Below are positions 9,443 to 18,595 of a DNA stretch of 64,000 bases, in pieces (position 1 is the stretch's first letter; each line of letters begins with the position of its first letter). The notes beneath the pieces are model-generated. The model saw only the letters and a program-made list of their open reading frames with translations, was not told the origin of the DNA and did not search any database. Position numbers and translations under genes: made by a program. This DNA comes from Polyangiales bacterium (GTDB taxonomy: Bacteria > Myxococcota_A > Polyangia > Polyangiales > Ga0077539), in NCBI GenBank assembly GCA_044229975.1, contig JBGARZ010000008.1, positions 64,001-128,000 on the forward strand, in the 5' to 3' direction.

Positions 9443-11722
9443 ATGCACGGAGTCATCACGCGAGAGCGCGTCGCCATCGGCTGTATCTCTCTCGCGGTGG
9501 TGCTCTTCGAGGTGCTCGTCACCCGGGTGCTCAGCGTCACGCTGTCGTATCACTTCGCGTTCCTCGCGGTGTCGCTCGCGATGCTCGGGCTCGGGGCGCC
9601 CGGCGTGTGGTTCTCGCTGTCGCCGCCGGGGCCGCTCGCGCTGCGGCGCGCCCTCTTCGCGAGCGCCGTCGCCCTGCCGCTGTCGATGCTGCTCATCGTC
9701 CACATCGGCGCCCCCTTGCGCGGCGTGACGACCTTCTGGGTGCTCTGCCTCCTCGGCCCGATGCTGTGCCTCGGGGCGGCCGTCTGCCTGCTCCTGCTGC
9801 GGGCGCGCGGTCGCGAGGTGGGCCCCATGTACGCCGCCGACCTCGCGGGCGCCGCGCTCGGTGCGGTGCTCGCCGTTCCGCTGCTGCACGGGCTTCCGAC
9901 GCCGTCGGTCATCGCCTCACTGGCGCTGCTCCCGCTCGTCGCGCTCGCGGCCCTCGACCCCGCGGCAAGACGCGCGGCCCTCGCGCTCGGCCTCGTCGTC
10001 GTGGCGGGCGTGGCGTGGGGCAGGCCGTTTCGTCTGCGGTACACGCGCTACTACCTGGAGACCCGTCCCTCGATGTACGAGCGGTGGACCCCGACGGCGC
10101 GCGTCACCGTCAACGACCGCAGCGCCGTCGGCCAGTTTCTCGGCTGGGGCATGGGGACGCGCTGGCAACGCCACGACGTCGAGCACCTCTGGATCGACCA
10201 GGACGGCAGCGCGGGAACCGAGATCCTGCGCTACCGCCGCGGCGACCCGTACCCCGACCCGCTGCTCTTCGACGTGACCGCCGCGGCCTACCAGATCGGC
10301 ACTCCGCGACGCGCGTGCATCGTGGGTGGCGGCGGCGGGCGCGACATCCTCACGGCGCTCGCGGCGGGGGTTCCGTCGGTCGACGTGGTCGAGCTCAACC
10401 CGTACATCGTCGACGCCGTCTCACGCGCCTTCGGATCGTACTCGGGCGACCCCTACCACCTGCCCGGTGTGACGGCGTACGTCGGCGAGGGGCGCAGCCA
10501 TCTGAGCCGCTCCACCACGCGCTGCGACGTGCTCCAGATCTCCCTCATCGACACCTTCGCGGCCTCCTCCGCGGGCGCCTACGCGCTCACCGAGAACAGC
10601 CTCTACACCGTCGAGGCGATGCGAACCTACTGGTCGCGTCTCGGCCCCGACGGCGTGCTCTCCATCAGCCGCTACTCGCGCGGCGCGGGCTGGGTCGAGT
10701 CGGTGCGCCTGCTCCTGCTGGAGCTCGAAGCGCTGCGCGCCGAAGGAGTCGACAACCCCCATCAGCACATCGTGGTCTTCGACACGGGTGGCGTGGCCAA
10801 CACGATGGTGTTCCGCCGACCCGTCGATGCGGCGCGCATCGCCGAGCTGTCCCGCGTGGCCGCGCTGCGGGGCTTCACGCCGACGTGGCCCGTCGTGTCG
10901 ACGGAGCGCACGGTCGCGCCGATGGTCGCCGCGATGCGCTTCGGCGAGCGGCCCTTCGTGCAGCGGGGCTTCGACGTGTCGCCGCCGACGGACGACCGGC
11001 CGTTCTTCTTCCAGACGCTCGACATCCTGCGCGGGTCGGACAGCACCGCGGCCCGCGGCTCGGCCGAACGCGAGCAGAGCGTGTCGCTCCTCCGCCGCCT
11101 GATGCTGGGCCTCGCGGGTCTCACGATGGCGCTCTTCGTGCTGCCGCTGGTGCTGCGGGGAAGACTGCCGTCGGCGCCGGGCGCGGGGCGGGCGACGGCG
11201 TTCTTCGCGGCGCTGGGCTTCGGGTTCATGTTCGTGGAGATTCCGCTGGTGCAGCGGCTGGCGCTGTACCTGGGGCACCCGAGCTACGCGACGACGGTGG
11301 CGCTGGGCGCGCTGCTGCTGGGCGCGGGCGTCGGGTCGGCGCTGGCGCCGCGGGTGCCGACCGCACGAGCGACGACGGCGCTGCTGGTGGTCCCGGTGGT
11401 GGTGGCGGTGACGACGCAGCTCCTCATCGGGCCGGTGGCGCGGGCGACGGAGCACTGGTCGCTGGGGGCGCGCATCGCGCTGACGGCGGCGGCGGTGTTC
11501 GCGGCGGGCGTGGCGATGGGGGTGCCGTTTCCGCTGGGGATGTCGCGCTTCGATGATCGCGACCGGAGCTGGTACTGGGCGGTCAACGGCGCGGCCGGGG
11601 TGCTGGCGAGCGTGCTGGCATTGGGGCTGTCGCTGATCGCGGGGCTGTCGAGCGTGATGATGATCGCGCTGGCTTGCTACGCGCTGGCGGCGCTGCTGTA
11701 TCCGAAGGTGGAGGAGGGCTGA
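9443..11722 (+). CDS. Membrane-fused spermidine-synthase-like SAM-dependent transferase
   Basis: N- and C-terminal TM bundles, MYAADLAGA, IVGGGGGRD, VVELNP, PTDDRPFF. Confidence 0.8.
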   Translation: MHGVITRERVAIGCISLAVVLFEVLVTRVLSVTLSYHFAFLAVSLAMLGLGAPGVWFSLSPPGPLALRRALFASAVALPLSMLLIVHIGAPLRGVTTFWVLCLLGPMLCLGAAVCLLLLRARGREVGPMYAADLAGAALGAVLAVPLLHGLPTPSVIASLALLPLVALAALDPAARRAALALGLVVVAGVAWGRPFRLRYTRYYLETRPSMYERWTPTARVTVNDRSAVGQFLGWGMGTRWQRHDVEHLWIDQDGSAGTEILRYRRGDPYPDPLLFDVTAAAYQIGTPRRACIVGGGGGRDILTALAAGVPSVDVVELNPYIVDAVSRAFGSYSGDPYHLPGVTAYVGEGRSHLSRSTTRCDVLQISLIDTFAASSAGAYALTENSLYTVEAMRTYWSRLGPDGVLSISRYSRGAGWVESVRLLLLELEALRAEGVDNPHQHIVVFDTGGVANTMVFRRPVDAARIAELSRVAALRGFTPTWPVVSTERTVAPMVAAMRFGERPFVQRGFDVSPPTDDRPFFFQTLDILRGSDSTAARGSAEREQSVSLLRRLMLGLAGLTMALFVLPLVLRGRLPSAPGAGRATAFFAALGFGFMFVEIPLVQRLALYLGHPSYATTVALGALLLGAGVGSALAPRVPTARATTALLVVPVVVAVTTQLLIGPVARATEHWSLGARIALTAAAVFAAGVAMGVPFPLGMSRFDDRDRSWYWAVNGAAGVLASVLALGLSLIAGLSSVMMIALACYALAALLYPKVEEG

Positions 11723-11733
11723 CGAGGTTGCCC

Positions 11734-11876
11734 GGCCCGGCCGCCGCGGGTTGGAAACCCACGGCAGCCAAGGGAAAGCCCGCGCGGCGGGCTGGTCACT
11801 GTCCTCGCACATGGACAGGCCGCTCAGCGGCCTTTCCCTTGGCTGCCGTGGGTTTTCAACCCGCGGCGGCCGGGCC
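11734..11876. repeat. REPIN-like inverted repeat (arms of about 57 bp)
   Basis: GGCCCGGCCGCCGCGGGTTGGAAACCCACGGCAGCCAAGGGAAAG... and its near-perfect reverse complement; each arm has an internal hairpin; central CTGTCC/GGACAG stem. Confidence 0.9.
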
Positions 11877-11936
11877 AGACGACATCAAGAGAGATGTGCC
11901 CCTGACGGGTGGACGGCCGCGCGCTACGGTCGTCGC

Positions 11937-12239
11937 ATGGGATGGGCGGACGGACATATCAGTCGGCTGTTGGGTGGTGAGACGGTGCAGTTTCGGCCGC
12001 GCGGCAACAGCATGGTGGGGAAGATTTCGAGCGGCGACCTGTGCAGGGTGACGCCGCTCGGAGAGACGGTGCTCACGACGGGCGACATCGTGCTGTGCCG
12101 GGTGAGCGGCAGCCAGTACCTGCATCTGGTGAAGGCGATTCAGGGGGAGCGGTTGCAGATCGGCAACAACCGCGGCGGCATCAACGGGTGGGTGACGCGG
12201 CGGCAGATCTTCGGGCGGCTCGTCGCCGTCGAGCCGTAG
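11937..12239 (+). CDS. Stand-alone S24/S26 peptidase-like small protein
   Basis: PRGNSM, GDIVLC, YLHLV, GNN and IFGR motifs; start ATG 11937. Confidence 0.7.
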   Translation: MGWADGHISRLLGGETVQFRPRGNSMVGKISSGDLCRVTPLGETVLTTGDIVLCRVSGSQYLHLVKAIQGERLQIGNNRGGINGWVTRRQIFGRLVAVEP

Positions 12240-12246
12240 TCCCCGC

Positions 12247-13167
12247 TCAGGCACCACCGCAGCCACACTCTTCATACCGGCAGTCCATGATGATGTTGTC
12301 GCCGCGCGTCGGGAAGCGCGGCGCCGCGGACCCCTCCGGCGGTGGCGTCGACATCACCAGTCGTTGCCTCTCCAAGCTCCTCTGCTCGCGTCGGATCCAG
12401 GCGCCTGCCCACAGGTTCGTCACGACCGTCAGGCAAACGAGCCCCCGCATCCACGGCCCGACGGCAGTCGTCGTCGGAGCCCCCGACCGCACCGCGACGG
12501 AACGATACGGCAGCGTTCCGACCAACCGCTCGGACGACGCGCGAGCCCGACCGGTGCGCGCGATGAGCGCCAGCGTCAGCAGCGCTGATCCGGCGAGCAC
12601 GCCCCACGCGACCGACGTCGCCCGATCAAGCCGATGGATGAGCGCGAGCCGCGCCGACCGCTGCGGGTACGTCGGCACCCACGCGCGAAACCTCACGGAC
12701 AGTCGCGCCCCCGGCTCTCCCCGACACCGGAACTGCATCAGTCGGTCATCGCTGCTCTGTCGCACCTCGATGGGACCGTGCGTACAAGCGAACCGTCGAC
12801 GCCCCAGGAGCCACACCTCTCCTGCTTCGCCGCGCTCCGACGGCAAGCTCCCGCCCCCCACAAACGACAGGTTGCCGAAGTCCGCCGTCAACTTGGAACG
12901 AGACGGCGTCTCACCAGGGGCGAGCGGCGCGACGGGGCGCCACTCCGGGTTGATCGTATCCCACGCGTCCTCCATGCGCGCGGGGTCGGCGGCGACGGCG
13001 TGGTCGACCGGCTCCCACTCGTGCACGTCGGTGCCGCCCCTCGTGACGCGATCGACGGATGACCTCGCGCGCCCGACGAGACGCGACGTGCTCGCGAGGT
13101 AGGCCCCGAAGAGCGCGAGAAGGACAACCAGCGGAGCCCATCGGCGGAGCGAGCGCGGCGTGACCAT
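12247..13167 (-). CDS. Hypothetical membrane protein
   Basis: N-terminal TM, soluble domain, then two TMs around a PYR-containing loop. Confidence 0.55.
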   Translation of the reverse strand: MVTPRSLRRWAPLVVLLALFGAYLASTSRLVGRARSSVDRVTRGGTDVHEWEPVDHAVAADPARMEDAWDTINPEWRPVAPLAPGETPSRSKLTADFGNLSFVGGGSLPSERGEAGEVWLLGRRRFACTHGPIEVRQSSDDRLMQFRCRGEPGARLSVRFRAWVPTYPQRSARLALIHRLDRATSVAWGVLAGSALLTLALIARTGRARASSERLVGTLPYRSVAVRSGAPTTTAVGPWMRGLVCLTVVTNLWAGAWIRREQRSLERQRLVMSTPPPEGSAAPRFPTRGDNIIMDCRYEECGCGGA

Positions 13168-13203
13168 GAACACCACCACGCGCGAGTCGCGAGAATCTTT
13201 GCG

Positions 13204-13566
13204 CTACTCGCACTCGGTGGTGATGACGATCTGTGTGCCCGGGATCTCACCCGCCACGCGCACCTGCACCGCGGGCATCGCCCGTCGCGTCACGGCTTGC
13301 GTCGCTGCTGCGCTCCGTCGATCGAGCCGCCACGCCCACAGCGCGAACACCGCCGCCATCGCCGCCACCGCCGCGAGCACCCAGGGGCGCGCTCGTCGTC
13401 GCGGTCGACGCTCCTCGCGGTACATCGCGGTCAGCAACGTCGCCATGGCCCGCGTGCGCGCGACCTCCTCGCGGGCCTCCGGGTCGCGGCTGAGCGCATC
13501 GACCACCTCGGGTGACGTCGGCTCTCCCAGCGCGAGGGCGGTCCAGCGGTCGTCGTCAGAGTCCAT
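13204..13566 (-). CDS. Putative single-TM anti-sigma factor
   Basis: Overlaps the ECF stop; N-terminal TALALGE helix, one TM. Confidence 0.6.
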   Translation of the reverse strand: MDSDDDRWTALALGEPTSPEVVDALSRDPEAREEVARTRAMATLLTAMYREERRPRRRARPWVLAAVAAMAAVFALWAWRLDRRSAAATQAVTRRAMPAVQVRVAGEIPGTQIVITTECE

Positions 13567-14053
13567 CGTCGTCCTCCATCTGCTCGCGCAGCGCGCGGAG
13601 CGTGGTGTGCAGCAACCACCCCACGTACGAGACGCTCCACCCGGAGCGCTCGTGGATCTCCTGGTAGCTCAGCCCCTCGTCGAAGCGCATCCGCAGCACA
13701 TCCCGCTGTCGCTCGGGGAGCGCCGCCACCGCCGCCCGCAGCCGCCCGATGCTCTCGGCGAGCAGCAGCGCCTCGTCGGGCGTCGTCGCGGAGTCGGGGG
13801 TCGGCAGGTCGCGGGCGCGCACGCGGTCACGGCGGTGCAGGTCGACGGCGCGGTGGCGGCATACGGTGAAGAGCCACTCGGCCTCGCGGCCTTCGACATC
13901 GCGACGGTCGGCCTCGCAGAGACGGGCGAAGGCGTCCTGCACCATGTCGGCACCGCGGTCGCGGCCAGCGAGACGCGCCGCGAAGCGCACCAGCCGGGGT
14001 GCGGTCTGGGCGATCACGTCGCGCAGCCAGTGCGGCCGCTCGTCAGGGGTCAT
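13556..14053 (-). CDS. ECF RNA polymerase sigma factor
   Basis: ADMVQDAF, WLFTVCRHRAVD (region 2), LPERQRDVLRMRF.EGLSYQEI (region 4); start ATG 14053. Confidence 0.9.
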   Translation of the reverse strand: MTPDERPHWLRDVIAQTAPRLVRFAARLAGRDRGADMVQDAFARLCEADRRDVEGREAEWLFTVCRHRAVDLHRRDRVRARDLPTPDSATTPDEALLLAESIGRLRAAVAALPERQRDVLRMRFDEGLSYQEIHERSGWSVSYVGWLLHTTLRALREQMEDDDGL

Positions 14054-14160
14054 GGCGCATCGAAGGGCACACTCGACCGCTACCACGCATGAGCGCGGCG
14101 GATCTTTGTGACAATCGACGAAGGGTGGGGGGTGAGGGCGAAGGGAACGGGCAGATGCGA

Positions 14161-14961
14161 TCAGGCGACGGGCGCGGGTTCGGGCGCGGGCTCTCCGGCG
14201 GGCTCGTCGGAGCCGCGCTTGCTGGACCACAGCGGCGGAACCTTCGCGTCGACGTCGCGGAGGCCGAAGCAGACGACACCGGCGACGCGGAGCTGGTCGT
14301 AGCGCTCTTCGAGGAGGCGCAGGAGGCGGTCGCGGTCGAGGCGTTCGGCCTTGCCCAGCGGCGCCGTCGTGACGAAGCCGTTGGTGGGGGTGATGTGCTG
14401 GACGAGCCAGGTTCCCTTGGTGGCCAGGGTGGCGAGCTGCTCGTCGGTGAAGGGGTGACGGTTGGCGAGGGCCGTGGCGCACTCGCGGAAGAGGGCGACG
14501 ATGGCGACGCAGTCGCGGGCCTCGTCGAGCTTGCCGCTGCCTTCACGAATGGCGCACACGCGACCGGCGGGCACGAGGTTGAGCGCGGCGGCGATCTCCA
14601 GATAGGAGAGCGTGAGAGAGCGTAGCGGGCGGACAATGGCGAGGGCCGCGTCGATCTCGCGGGTGGACGGAGGGGCGACAGGCACGCGGTCGGCCGCATG
14701 GACCACAGCGAGCGCGAGCGTGGGGAGCTCGGCGAGGGCGACGACGTCGACGGCGGGGAGCAGGCGGGCGACGGCGGGGAGGCGCGCGGACATGACGGAC
14801 ATCGCGCGGTCGACGTTGTGCCGGAGGATGGCGACGTCGCGGCGGGGCGCGTAGGCGGCCGGGAGGGCGACGGCCTCCGCCACGACGCGGAAGTGGGTGA
14901 AGGCGCGCGCGGCGTCGGTGGTGACGAAGGCGCTGGAGAGGATGGCGGCGAGGTTCTTCAT
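14161..14961 (-). CDS. Hypothetical alpha-helical protein
   Basis: Open frame with coding-like codon use; GGAG upstream of ATG 14961. Confidence 0.7.
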   Translation of the reverse strand: MKNLAAILSSAFVTTDAARAFTHFRVVAEAVALPAAYAPRRDVAILRHNVDRAMSVMSARLPAVARLLPAVDVVALAELPTLALAVVHAADRVPVAPPSTREIDAALAIVRPLRSLTLSYLEIAAALNLVPAGRVCAIREGSGKLDEARDCVAIVALFRECATALANRHPFTDEQLATLATKGTWLVQHITPTNGFVTTAPLGKAERLDRDRLLRLLEERYDQLRVAGVVCFGLRDVDAKVPPLWSSKRGSDEPAGEPAPEPAPVA

Positions 14962-15184
14962 GGTGGACTCCGATGGCGCTCGGGGGGTTGGAGAGGGGAC
15001 CCGATGCGCGGGGTGTCTTCGGAGCGGTGGGTCGGCGGGGTTTCGTGATCGGAGGAGAAAAGTGATGACGCGGAGGTTTAGGGCGCGAGAGCCATGGAAC
15101 GATGACGCACCGCCCCAGGAGGCAACGGGCGACGGGTCGAGAGGTGATTGGCAGGGTGGGGAGGCTACCGGGCGACCTGGCGGA

Positions 15185-15252
15185 GGGTGATGGGCAGGGT
15201 GCAGAGGCAACGGGGCGATGGGGCGATGGGTGATGGGCAGGGTGCAGAGGCA
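15185..15252 (+). repeat. 25-bp direct repeat within a G-rich, roughly heptameric tract
   Basis: GGGTGATGGGCAGGGTGCAGAGGCA at 15185-15209 and 15228-15252. Confidence 0.85.
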
Positions 15253-15354
15253 GCGGGCGACAGCGCGAAGGGGTGATCGGGAGGGTGGGGAGGGTGGGAA
15301 GGATGGATCGGTGGGTTCGTGCGGGTGTGTCGCGCGACGTGATAGATCGCGTTC

Positions 15355-15831
15355 ATGCCCTGGCAGCACGCTCTCTCTCCCAAGCGGACAGCGCTGGTCT
15401 CCGCGGCCCTCCGGCATGTGGATGACGCGACGGCGCTCCTCGCGTCCTCGCCGGTGCAGGCGTTTCACCTCGCGGGATTCGGGCCCGAGTGCGCTCGAAA
15501 GGCTGCGCTGACCGTCCCCGAGGCATCACAGATCGCCCTGGACAAGGCGATCGGCCATGGGTTTCACGATGTCACCGAGCTAGCGCTGGCCATCGCCATT
15601 AACCTCGACCCGCTGGCCTCCCGCTACGAGTTGACGGACTGGCAGACGCGCTTTCCGGCCATGGTGAAGTGGAACGAACAGGCCCGTTACGAAGCGAGTG
15701 ACGGACGATCCCGTCGTGAGGCTGAGGTGGTGCTCCGGGAAGCCGCGGACGCCGTTTCCGACGTTGTCGCCGCACTCTGGGCTGATGGTCGCCTCCCCCC
15801 CTTGAACCATCTCACTCAGGTGCGCCCATGA
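15355..15831 (+). CDS. HEPN-domain-like protein
   Basis: RH..DA..L, HLAGFGPECARKA (matches Y/H-L-x-G-x-x-x-E-C-x-x-K-A), GH, W....RY. Confidence 0.7.
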   Translation: MPWQHALSPKRTALVSAALRHVDDATALLASSPVQAFHLAGFGPECARKAALTVPEASQIALDKAIGHGFHDVTELALAIAINLDPLASRYELTDWQTRFPAMVKWNEQARYEASDGRSRREAEVVLREAADAVSDVVAALWADGRLPPLNHLTQVRP

Positions 15832-17141
15832 CCTTCGATGAGGTTCTTCCGACGCTCCTTCGCGCCGGCGAGGAATGGCCGCACGCGGCGAACCTGAAGC
15901 GGGTCGCGGTCGTGAGAGACCTGCGTGGTCGGGTGCGCGTCGTGGTCGAGCAATTCAAGCGCGACAACGCACAGATCAAGGATCTTACCGCACATCTCAG
16001 GCAAGAGCTGGGTGACTGGTTCGCGGACGACGTGCTCAGTACTTCCGGGGGAACACCCGCGGAGAACAGCGTGGCATCGAAGGTCTTGGACAACGCGAGG
16101 GAACCGGTCACCGTGGGGTATCCGGACGGCGCTGGCGGCATTTCGCCGCTCACGGCGAACAGATGGTGGCTGCTTGAGCGTCGTGTTGGCAAGCAACCCT
16201 GGCTTGAGGGATCTACAACCCCGCCTTGGAGGCTGACGGCAGCCGGACCCTCGACAGTGACTTTCTACTCGTTCAAGGGAGGCGTTGGGCGCACGACGAC
16301 ACTCGCCGCGTGCACGCTGCTTGCCGCGGAGGCTAGCGAGGACGTCGTCGTGATCGATCTCGATCTGGAAGCACCGGGCCTCGCATCTCTATTCGGCATC
16401 ACCTCGAGTCGCGGGGTGTTGGACTTCCTGGTCGATCATGTTGCCACCAGGAGCACAGACATCGGGCAGATCGTTTTCGCACCCACCAACCTCCCTTCGC
16501 GACTCTCAGATCGAATCAAGGTGATTCCAGCCGGCGCGTTGGGGCATGGATATCTGGAGAAGCTCGCTCGCCTCGACTTCGCGAGCAGCACCATCGATCA
16601 GAAAGCTCAGTCGCCCATGCGGGCGGCACTACACGCTCTGCTCCATCAGGTCAGAACGCAGCTCAACCCACGCTGGATCTTCGTCGATGCGCGAGCGGGC
16701 TTGCATGACCTTGCGGGTCTATCGCTGCACGGGCTCGCGCACCTCGATGTGTTGTTCTCGCGAGCCAATCGCCAGGGATATGATGGCCTGGGCATCGTCC
16801 TTCGAGCGTTGTCGCGACAGACGCACAGCAGTGCTGCGCGCGTAGTCTTGGTCCACGCGATGGCCGCAGTGAGCGATGAGGTAGCGGAAACGCAAAACTC
16901 CAGACTCCGCCATGTGGCGTACGAACTCTTCAAGGATCTGGTTTACTCGGCGCGAGGCGTGACGTTTCAGGAAATGGCCCTGGACGGCGACCACTTCCCT
17001 TGGATGATTCGGAGGAACGAGCGCATCGAGCTCAACGACAACCTGAATGATGTGACTGAAGCGCTCGGCAGCCTCGACTATCGGGAGGTCTGGAAGCGGA
17101 TCCGCCTACTGACGACACCGGTAGGGACTGGTGCGCCGTGA
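15828..17141 (+). CDS. ParA/MinD-type ATPase, KGGVGR variant
   Basis: TFYSFKGGVGRTT, IDLDLEAPG, FVDARAG; about 140-aa N-terminal extension with VRDLRGR; ATGA overlap with the HEPN gene. Confidence 0.9.
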   Translation: MTFDEVLPTLLRAGEEWPHAANLKRVAVVRDLRGRVRVVVEQFKRDNAQIKDLTAHLRQELGDWFADDVLSTSGGTPAENSVASKVLDNAREPVTVGYPDGAGGISPLTANRWWLLERRVGKQPWLEGSTTPPWRLTAAGPSTVTFYSFKGGVGRTTTLAACTLLAAEASEDVVVIDLDLEAPGLASLFGITSSRGVLDFLVDHVATRSTDIGQIVFAPTNLPSRLSDRIKVIPAGALGHGYLEKLARLDFASSTIDQKAQSPMRAALHALLHQVRTQLNPRWIFVDARAGLHDLAGLSLHGLAHLDVLFSRANRQGYDGLGIVLRALSRQTHSSAARVVLVHAMAAVSDEVAETQNSRLRHVAYELFKDLVYSARGVTFQEMALDGDHFPWMIRRNERIELNDNLNDVTEALGSLDYREVWKRIRLLTTPVGTGAP

Positions 17142-18595
17142 ACTCCGCTGAAGTACGATCGTCCCGATTGGAGGCACTTGAGAACCTGGGGGACGCAGCG
17201 AGTGCACGAACGTTCCTTCCGCCAAGGACTGCGAAGCGAATTCTCGATCCGTCCGTGGTCGTGCTGTTGGGTGCCAGGGGCAGCGGGAAGACCGCGTTGG
17301 CGAGGCTCCTGGTTGAAGCGATGCCGGGGGCCCCTGACAACAAGTATGAGTTCGTGCGCGCCATTGGGGCACCGCCCAACTTCTGGTTTGACGCGTTCTC
17401 TCAGGCGTCGGCCCATCATCCCGACGCGAGCGTGCTTGATGATTTTGTGCGACGTGCAAGCGATGAAGATCTACGCAACTTCTGGCTAGTCCGTCTTCTG
17501 CTGCGACTGAGCGACAGCGCAGGTCAGATCCCCGGATTTTCCGAGTCGATCAACGAACCGGAAAAGATGGCGAGGGCGATCGAGTATGACCGCTGGGCAG
17601 ACGGGGAGATCAGGAAGAACCTGAATATCGTGATCAACCTGCCCTCTTCGGAGCGGGCGCGACTGATCGCAATGCTTGATCAAGGGGAAAAGGCGATGAC
17701 GTCCGGGTTTGTGACCGCCGTCTATGACGACCTCGACGCCATCGGCAGCTTCGACCCGACGCTCCGCGCTCGCTTCATCCGTGCGCTGCTCGCGATGTGG
17801 TCGAGTCTCTCCACCCGCTACCGGCACATTCGCGCAAAGATCTTCCTCCCCGCAGACCTCTTCGACACGCGGCAGCTCGACACCGTCGACGGCAGCAAGC
17901 TCCTCGCCCGCGCCGAGCGCATGGAGTGGGACGGCCTCTCCCTCTATCGACTCGTGCTCCGTCACCTTGCCCAACAGGGTGAGGACACGCGCGCCTGGCT
18001 CAGTGAGTTCGGCCTACGCTTCGATGACCTCGGCACCGACCTCGGTTGGATGCCCATCGACGTCACCGAAGAGGCCATCGCTCGTTGGCTCGGCACCACG
18101 TTCCACCCGATCATGGACGTCAACGGCACCCGCGACTACGTCCAACACTGGATCCTCCATCGCCTCCGTGACGGTCGCGATCGCGTGTCGCCTCGCACTC
18201 TGCTTGGCTTCTTTTCCGGCGCCGCAAAGGCCGCGCTCCACCGCCTCCCGACCGCCCATCACGGGCAACTGCTCGATACAGTCGACGCTGTCGACGCCAT
18301 CCAGCAGGCCGGATCCGACCGCGTCGCGGAGATTCGCGGCATCTACGAGTGGGTTGATCGACTTGGTGCGCTGCGCGGGCGCGTTGTCCCGCTTCCCCGC
18401 GCCGAGGTGGAGCGACTGATGGCGACCGACCCTGACAACGCTCCGCGCCCAACGGGTACACGCGACGGGCGCACGGTCACCGAAGAGCTGCTCCGGCTCG
18501 GCATGCTGCGTGACCTCCGCGTTGACGACCTGCTCGATGTCCCCGACGTGTTCATCAAGTACTTCGGAGCACTCCGAACCGCTGCCCCCCCATGA
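17138..18595 (+). CDS. Large P-loop ATPase (Sll1717-like)
   Basis: LLGARGSGKT Walker A, AVYDDLD Walker B, KIFL..D, PR.L; GTGA overlap with the ParA-like gene. Confidence 0.8.
   Translation: MNSAEVRSSRLEALENLGDAASARTFLPPRTAKRILDPSVVVLLGARGSGKTALARLLVEAMPGAPDNKYEFVRAIGAPPNFWFDAFSQASAHHPDASVLDDFVRRASDEDLRNFWLVRLLLRLSDSAGQIPGFSESINEPEKMARAIEYDRWADGEIRKNLNIVINLPSSERARLIAMLDQGEKAMTSGFVTAVYDDLDAIGSFDPTLRARFIRALLAMWSSLSTRYRHIRAKIFLPADLFDTRQLDTVDGSKLLARAERMEWDGLSLYRLVLRHLAQQGEDTRAWLSEFGLRFDDLGTDLGWMPIDVTEEAIARWLGTTFHPIMDVNGTRDYVQHWILHRLRDGRDRVSPRTLLGFFSGAAKAALHRLPTAHHGQLLDTVDAVDAIQQAGSDRVAEIRGIYEWVDRLGALRGRVVPLPRAEVERLMATDPDNAPRPTGTRDGRTVTEELLRLGMLRDLRVDDLLDVPDVFIKYFGALRTAAPP

Noticed and set aside
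15185..15252. Direct repeats as a mini CRISPR array
   Set aside because: Only two copies with an 18-nt spacer of the same low-complexity type; no cas genes in the window.
15828..17141. Chromosome/plasmid partition ParA or capsule tyrosine kinase
   Set aside because: No ParB, replication or polysaccharide genes nearby, no C-terminal Tyr cluster, and it is coupled to HEPN-like and ATPase genes.
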